Below are positions 27,340 through 34,268 of a DNA stretch of 34,268 nt, piece after piece. The notes under the pieces were generated by a model. The model had not been told where the DNA came from, ran no database searches, and worked only from the letters and a program-made list of their open reading frames with translations. The translations under genes and the position numbers were made by a program. Positions within the stretch are counted from its first letter, which is position 1; each line of letters opens with the position of its first letter. The stretch spans positions 1-34,268 of the forward strand of contig RBZT01000740.1 in the NCBI GenBank assembly GCA_003693705.1, given 5' to 3'. This DNA comes from Polymyxa betae A26-41. Lineage: Eukaryota; Protista; Endomyxa: Phytomyxea.

Positions 27340-30000
27340 ATGGAGGACGTATGCCGAGCCATCCGTGTCATTTCGTCTGGGACGGCGTCGCCCGAGCATA
27401 TCGCCGCCGCCAACTCGTTCCTGATGTCGTTCTCGGAAACCCCGGCAGCCTGGCATATCTGTCTGGATCTACTCTCTGACTCCAACGATATCGATGTGAA
27501 CACACGTCGTCTATCGTCCCATTTGCTTCATGCCAAGATAGAACGTGACGCCATGCAGCTCAGCGTCGAGGAACGCTCCGAACTGCAGACCAAGCTAGCC
27601 GGCATCGTCCGGGCGTGGTGCAAACTGCAACGAGCAGCGCCCTCCCTGGACGTATTTGTGATTAGGACATCACAATGTATCACTCGACTAGCACTACATT
27701 CTATGGCATTACAGACTCTACTAAGGGCCATGCTGGAATCGTTACGGTTTGATTCGGACGCACATCTGGCGGCATTACTCATTATTTACGTTACATTGGA
27801 TGCAATTCATTCGAGTGCCACGGTCTCTTACACAGATCGAATTGAGATCCGTGATTTGTTGCTTACTCGTAACAATTCTCTCATACGAGTATTAGCAGAG
27901 ACATTATGCTCAGTACCTAGTGCTGTACAGATTGCATTACAATGTATCTGTCAATTACAGAGTCCCGAGATTCGCTTCTTCTCAACGCTGTCACGATTGC
28001 AGCCTTTAATATCACCACTGTTTCTGGCCCTATTCGATACCGAATCACCGCTCATACTCGATATATTCTCGACATCGTTGGCCGCTGTTAGTGATGAGGA
28101 TTCAACTCTGGTCCAGGATCTACTGTCCCAGGGACTGCAAACATTCCCTCAACTCATCTCCAACAAATCGTTGGATCAGCTGAACTATGCAATAATTAGG
28201 GTGGCTACATCCGTCCCCTGTATATACCTGTTCCGTACTGGCTCGCCGACTTCATTAAAGTGGATCGAATGGGTTCTCAATCTGACCTCTATATCGTATA
28301 CTTATGCTGATATCTGTGTTGAATTCTGGATTGATGCTCTTACTGTTGGAGATGAATGTGCTGATGTTCATGCTGATAAATCTGTCTTCTTCGCCGTAGC
28401 TGATGTCATGTTAAGGCATTGTACAACCTGTCCAGATGATACAGCTGATGATGCCGAAGAGCGTCAAGCTCTGCGGTCACATTGCTCAGATCTCTGGATA
28501 CAATCGTATTATTGTCTTGGTGTCAAACTCTTAGAATCACGGCTTCACTCCATCCTCTGTAATGAGAACAGTTCGTGGCGCTCTATCGAATTGGCATCAA
28601 GCATTGTGGCGACGTTGGCACCCGTTATTAATGAAGCTGATGATCTCGCAGCGCATCCACAGCTGTTCTTGTCGTTGGTTTCCTCATTGCACAGCCAGCT
28701 CAGGTCTGACAATATTGCTGTCGTCCTGGTCGCAGCTCGGGCTCTCGGCAACTTCGCGTTCATTGTTATTTCGGAGAAATCCACTCCTGAATTACTCTGC
28801 AGATCTTTGTCGGCTCTATTGAATGCAATGCTTAGGACCCAATCAAAAGATGCTGCCGATCAAATCGTGAACGCCTTCTGGAAGATCGTGGACCAATGCG
28901 ACCCAGGCTCGATGCAGTCATTATTCTCTCTGGATTTAACACAGGAGTTTGTTCAGCTTGTATCAGATTGTACAGCTGCGACATTACAATCATCTGTTGC
29001 TCAACCTGCTTTAACACGTCGTTTAATGTCTGCCATTGGTACATTATTGGTTCGTGCCAATCAACCCCTTCTCCTCGATGGACTCGTGTCGCTCATTATC
29101 TCCCGTTTGATTCTATCACCAAACGCGTTCTTCGCGCTAGCCGGTGTGTTGGAATCGACTCCCAATAACGCCGTCAAGATCGGAAGTGCAGTCGCCGATT
29201 TGCTCCAGTCTCGTCAGCTACCAGATATCCATCTGGATGGATTCGGCCTTGTGGCTCCTGTGATATTATCCGCATTTGCCAACGCCAACGACATATCGCA
29301 AGCTGCGTTCGTCGTTCTTGACGTACTGGCCCGTTCAGCACTGGAGTCGGCTGTGTGCGGCCGAGGTCTAGCGTTGGCTGCTACCGACTTGCTGAAAGTT
29401 GGAGCGTTTCAAGAGCGTATTGTGGCCGATTATGAAGCGCTAACGTCGCGCGTCTTTTCGGTCACGAATATGTCAATTGTATTGTCGTACGTGGATCTCG
29501 GCACTCAGCTATCAGCTCAATGCTCACTGGATTCGATCCCTTCATCGTTATTCGACCTGACGCTCACTTTATTATGCAAGGATTATGCACACGACCGCGA
29601 GATAGTATTATCAGCACTGGCTGTATGGAACAATATCTTGAGTAGAGGTCCTGCCTCCAGCAATCTCTTAAGCCGTTACGTTGTGAATCTGGCTCGATTA
29701 TTACTGTCTGGAATCTCGTCATGGTCACCTCGGAATCACATTCCTCATCTGACTGAGACGCTACAAGCATTGGCCGTACAGGTCCCCGGCGGCCTGATTC
29801 TCACAGCTGAGTTCATTTCCGGACTGCCTTCCGATAGAAAGCTTGAGCGTGATGCCGTCGATGTGTTTCTCAGCTGTTTCGCCAGGCTATCGGGCGTACC
29901 ATCCCAGCGACGTCGGTTTATCTCCATGATGCAGGACTTCAGCGATGTATGTCATTCAGCGGGTTCAAATGTCGAGGTTCTGGTTGGATATCAATTGTAG
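27340..30000 (+). CDS. Importin-beta family HEAT-repeat protein (importin-13/transportin-3-like), single exon, divergent
   Basis: 886-aa uninterrupted ORF. N-terminal IBN_N-like AANSFLMSFSETPAAWHICLDLL...LLHAKIERD..QL. Central ICVEFW, ALRSHCSDL and SWRSIEL segments resemble the IPO13/TNPO3 layout. Leu-rich and helical throughout. Confidence 0.75.
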   Translation: MEDVCRAIRVISSGTASPEHIAAANSFLMSFSETPAAWHICLDLLSDSNDIDVNTRRLSSHLLHAKIERDAMQLSVEERSELQTKLAGIVRAWCKLQRAAPSLDVFVIRTSQCITRLALHSMALQTLLRAMLESLRFDSDAHLAALLIIYVTLDAIHSSATVSYTDRIEIRDLLLTRNNSLIRVLAETLCSVPSAVQIALQCICQLQSPEIRFFSTLSRLQPLISPLFLALFDTESPLILDIFSTSLAAVSDEDSTLVQDLLSQGLQTFPQLISNKSLDQLNYAIIRVATSVPCIYLFRTGSPTSLKWIEWVLNLTSISYTYADICVEFWIDALTVGDECADVHADKSVFFAVADVMLRHCTTCPDDTADDAEERQALRSHCSDLWIQSYYCLGVKLLESRLHSILCNENSSWRSIELASSIVATLAPVINEADDLAAHPQLFLSLVSSLHSQLRSDNIAVVLVAARALGNFAFIVISEKSTPELLCRSLSALLNAMLRTQSKDAADQIVNAFWKIVDQCDPGSMQSLFSLDLTQEFVQLVSDCTAATLQSSVAQPALTRRLMSAIGTLLVRANQPLLLDGLVSLIISRLILSPNAFFALAGVLESTPNNAVKIGSAVADLLQSRQLPDIHLDGFGLVAPVILSAFANANDISQAAFVVLDVLARSALESAVCGRGLALAATDLLKVGAFQERIVADYEALTSRVFSVTNMSIVLSYVDLGTQLSAQCSLDSIPSSLFDLTLTLLCKDYAHDREIVLSALAVWNNILSRGPASSNLLSRYVVNLARLLLSGISSWSPRNHIPHLTETLQALAVQVPGGLILTAEFISGLPSDRKLERDAVDVFLSCFARLSGVPSQRRRFISMMQDFSDVCHSAGSNVEVLVGYQL

Positions 30001-30384
30001 GGGCTCTTGACCAATTCGTAATGGTTGTTCCCTTACACGCTATATTGTTTCATCTTTTCTCTGCATCAAAAAAAAAATAATCAATCTACAATTAGCATCT
30101 TTAATATATTTGAACTTGTCTAATCGTCGTAAACAGATAGTCCCGCTGTCCTGTCATTTATAGAGCACCCGTACTGAAAGCATTGTTTAAACGAAGCTCG
30201 TACTGCTTTAGTGGTTGTCCAGAGGGTTGTGACGTATGTCATATCCACATTTGATATTATCATTGGATTTTGAATTGTCGTACGAGCTTCATTCCTGAAA
30301 ACCGTGGTGAGCTGGGTACCGAGATCACATTCGAAAGCCGTTGGTTGCCACCTTCCTTATTCTGTTCTTTCATTCACGCCTAAC

Positions 30385-31864
30385 TCACCCAACTTTTCTT
30401 TTGCTTACGTTCGGCATTATCTCGGATGATCTCAGGAGAAAATCGCTGCTTGTCTCTGATCGATTCTGATTCCAGATCTTGGACAAGATGGTCGGCATCT
30501 GCTGAACAGGTGCGATACGAGAATAGGTCCCAGATCTTATGCTATGGCAAAGTTGTAAGAGCGCTTCCATGCCAACCGTACTGGGATAATCCTGCAGCAT
30601 CTGTAATGCGGCATCATGATGTAACTTTAGAAGGTCATGGCGAATTGCCCTAAATAGCACTTCATTTCAAACCCAGTATAGTCCTGTATACGAGCCTACA
30701 TGAGCATGGCACAACAGAACGACTGTATAAAGTTAATAATATCGGCCTGTTGTATAGTGAAGAGAGTATCCCATAGACGACATGAATCTGGTAGTGAGAA
30801 CTCCCTTGTGAAGATAGTCGTAATCCACCTTAACGAATAGAATGCCGGTTCGATCCCCAGATTGGCCTTCGACACATCAGTAATAAAACGTCGAAGAAAC
30901 ATTGCCTTAATGTACCAGGTGGCGATGTAGGACGGGATCGAGCTGTCGCAATCGCTCGCTCATGTTTTGCATAATGGAAACAATACCGCCATGAGACGAA
31001 TCCATATCTTCGATATAGAAATGTAGTTGCGAGACCAAATTCATAAAACAGAAAAAGGTATCGGCTTCAATCAGGTCGGTGGAATCCTTTCCCTTGCATT
31101 GATCGTTTCGGAATACATAGTACATCGGGCCCTAATCGATTGAGTTAGATTTTGAGTCGTGCAACGAATTCTGTAACAGCGCCAAAAGCTTGCTAGATTA
31201 CTCAAGAACAAATGATCGTAAACCACAAAGTGACGACGTACAGCGATTTCGTTAAGTCCTGTATTTAGAGAGGTCATTGATGATGATTGTTTGTGCCAAT
31301 GTGAAGATTCATCATACCTTGAACATAGCCGATCTGTGGCCAAAGATTCGCGAACACAAATAAGATACGAATCAAAGCTGCACTATGCGATGGGTCCGAA
31401 GCAAATAAATGATTGATACGCATCGTTCGTCTGTGAAAACGAATCAGATCAAAAAAATTCTTCCCTACAAATCCTACAAATAAAAAGAACGCACATAGCT
31501 GTCGTAATGAACATACGAAAATGGTATAGGGATGTGATAGAAAAGAAAAACAGGAAACTCTTTGATTCTACTTGACATCGTTCTGAATGCGTTGAAGAAT
31601 GTTGGCTTTATCATGCTTGATTGGGCCTGATGTAAACATATCTACAAAGTTCTTGTAGCTGGCCAAATGCTCAGCCCTGCGCTCCTCCCTTTTTGTCTTA
31701 TCTAGCGGTGCTGTATGCAGAAGAAGCATCCATACCAATGGGCGAATACCACAGGCATCTGGTAGACCCTGGGCTGCCAATTCACAGAGCGCCTCATATG
31801 AACAGGTTGGGGCGTTCAGCTGACGATATAAGTCGGCATATTCGGTGTGCTCACTCCAGCTCAT
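30385..31864 (-). CDS. TBC1D13: TBC-domain Rab GTPase-activating protein, TBC1D13-like (multi-exon)
   Basis: GLPDACGIRPLVWMLLL, IQNDVK|RT (Arg finger), IGYVQ|GLNEIA|GPMYYVF (Gln finger), EADTFFCF, FYSLRWITTIFTREF, RLWD, LQDYP. The 3' end could extend via a GTAAGC donor near 30405. Confidence 0.85.
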
Positions 31865-32579
31865 TTAGAGATATTTCAAAAGAGATCGTGCGCTTCAGCT
31901 TGAAGATCCACCACAATTGGACGCACACAGACAGTCATATGGTCATGATAACAATCACGATATTGGTCGGCAATCTTCGAGTATTAAGACGATCCGCGAC
32001 AGCCTCATGGCTTCTAACTTCCTATTAAGTTCAACTGACTATGTATCACCATTCAACAATCCAAAATCTCACTCACTACATCTGTATTCTCATTTGTAGG
32101 ACAACACATATTTCAAACATCTTACCAGCAATGATCATGTGCCGATGCTTTTATACGTCTAACACTATCGAAATGTAAACTTAATACAAGCAGCTTGCGT
32201 CGGGATTTTTGCAACAGAGAGCGACCAAGTTTTGGCACTCATTACGATGCAAGTACAAGTAGATTCAACTCCCGTAAGAAATCATTGTTCCTTGTTAGAA
32301 CAATAAAAATGACCTCCCAGAAATAATTTACAAAAAATATATTAACTACAAATAATGCCTTACAATAAACAAATAACAGACCAAGAATACAGACAGAAAA
32401 TTTTAGACAAACGAAACCTATACCAGAAGAAAAGAATGGAGGACGAAGAATACAGACAAAACAAAACGAATATCAGCGACTATATAAACAGGAATGGAAA
32501 TTAAAATAAGTTATTCCAATACTTAACTATGATTTCCAACCAGACCCTCTCAAAATAACACAAAATCATTACCAAAGTA

Positions 32580-33504
32580 CCGTAGCGGGTATCTTAACTC
32601 TGAAATCAGTGCCAATTATATTTCGAAAAAAAAATGCGCATTTTAAAAATGAACAATTGCGTGCCGTTCCGACCATTATAACCCTGATCCGGGGTTCGCA
32701 CTCGTTATATTATAACGGGTCAACTTGAACTGCAGACAAATGGGGTGATTTTGGAATTTCACCGACTAAATTTTATATGGCTAACAGCTTACAACTAGCA
32801 GAGTGTATTTATTGCTGCCGTTTGCGAAGAACACTTTAATCATTGCTAGCACATCCTTTTGAGATCTCCCGAATCGGGAAATTCTCTAGACCTCTCAAAA
32901 CCCCGTAGCCGTTATAATATAACGGGTGGGCTGCAGCAATTGCGCTTACATCGAGGTGGCACGTCAATTTTGAAAGCAAGCATCATTGTTTATTGATAAA
33001 GTATTCAACAAAGTTGATCATAGCCTTCAAGGTTGGGCGAATTACAATCAGATCTATATTGTCGAACTTCTGCTCTGGTTCGCGCCCCATTCTCACTTTT
33101 GTTGTTTTCTTTGGCTTGATTCGAGGCTGTATATAGCTCCAATCACCACCGTCGAGCTCCTCCGACGGCTCCAATACGTCCAGATCGACGTCAAGGTTGT
33201 CGAAGAAAGCTTCGAGAGTAACCATGGGGGCAGGCAGTAACCATAATGTAGTTAGCAACGACGGTGGTCCCCGGATCGCAATGTGTGGGGCAAAATATGA
33301 AATTTTTTTGTAAGAAACTTTGGATTTTTATCAAATATTGAAGCGACAATTCACAAAACAGCTTGTTAGCATTTTACGGGTCCGGTCAAAGATGCGATCT
33401 CGAAAAAGTGCGCATCCGTTATAATATAACGGGTCCACGGATCAGGGATAATCTTTGGTCCACTGGCCCTATAAAAAAATACAGAGTTAAGATGTCCGCT
33501 ACGG
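32580..33504. mobile_element. Non-autonomous TA-flanked Tc1/mariner-pogo-type element (925 bp)
   Basis: TA|CCGTAGCGGGTATCTTAACTCTG (32580-32602) ... CAGAGTTAAGATGTCCGCTACGG|TA (33482-33504): 23-bp TIRs with 2 mismatches and a TA duplication. Subterminal inverted blocks present. No transposase core. Confidence 0.85.
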
Positions 33505-33795
33505 TATGGCATCTAGAACCTGGGTGAGGAGAGCCTTCGTGTGCGCCACCACGTTGTTGTCGATGAAGGCGCTGCCGCAGTAATAGTATGCGGAAGAGTA
33601 TTGGGCGCTGGTTTTCCATGTGATGGACACCCTCTTCTGCATAACCTCCTTTGTGATGCGTTTGTTGGCGATGATATTATAGATAGCTCTCCGAATATTG
33701 TTCCCAGTAGCGTTCTCCCTGTCCCTGGATACTTTCACGTTCAATATGTTGGTCACTTCTACGCTATCGCTCAGCCCCAACGCATTGCGCCTGAG

Positions 33796-34190
33796 GATTA
33801 ATATAGGTATACCACCACGTATTTGTCTATATATCACGGAGGATGTCGTCCATCAAGTGTTGGAAACAAGCCGGAGCATTTGTTAGTTGTTAGGCCGAAT
33901 GGCATGACAAGATACTCGAAGAGACCGAACGGTGTTCTGAAGGCAGTTTTCGATTCGTCGCCTTCTTTGACACGGACCAGATTATAGGCGCCTCTGAGGT
34001 CTAGTTTGCTGAAAATTACACATTGGCTGGCTTTCGACAGAATGTCGCTAATCAACGGCAGGGGATAACGGTTCTTTATCGTGATTGCATTGATTTTTTT
34101 GAAATCCACGCATAGCCGTAGGTTTTTATCTTTTTTTACCTGGAACATGACTGGCGAACTACAGGGAGACCGAGATGGACGAATGAATCC
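33796..34190 (-). mobile_element. Ty3/gypsy reverse transcriptase fragment (pseudogenised)
   Basis: [43 protein letters not shown]...[42 protein letters not shown](fs)[27 protein letters not shown]. Confidence 0.92.
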
Positions 34191-34268
34191 AATTGAGAGT
34201 CATCATTCATAACTATGGCAGTGAAGAGACAGACTAAGACAAACAAAGTAGACTGAACAAAAGTATCC

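Overview
This is intron-rich nuclear DNA from a microbial eukaryote (short canonical GT-AG introns, standard code; lineage not determinable from sequence alone). Housekeeping genes in order: a bacterial-type L-rhamnose/L-fucose mutarotase (intronless), DHX40-like DEAH helicase, WDR33/PFS2/FY polyadenylation factor, two tandem SLC25A32-type mitochondrial carriers, a PP2C phosphatase with a C-terminal hydrophobic tail, CIA2/FAM96 Fe-S assembly factor, SMC1, an intronless importin-13/transportin-3-like HEAT protein and a TBC1D13-like Rab-GAP. Three mobile-DNA patches lie among them. (1) A decayed HNH(-AP2-like) endonuclease at the left end. (2) A 3.36-kb PIF/Harbinger-superfamily transposon (15861-19222) with perfect 16-bp TIRs and divergent Myb-like and DDE genes. 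It contains a nested 511-bp insertion and a 3x ~56-bp promoter repeat, and it sits beside a gypsy integrase scrap. (3) A TA-flanked 925-bp non-autonomous element with internal palindromes, next to virus-like orphan ORFs and a gypsy RT fragment. I found no unambiguous new multi-gene system. The best leads are the functionally diverged carrier pair, the nested palindrome-ended insertion, the HNH/virus-like relics, the candidate horizontally transferred mutarotase and the tail-anchored PP2C. Exon boundaries were inferred by eye, and family assignments come from recalled motifs, not database searches.
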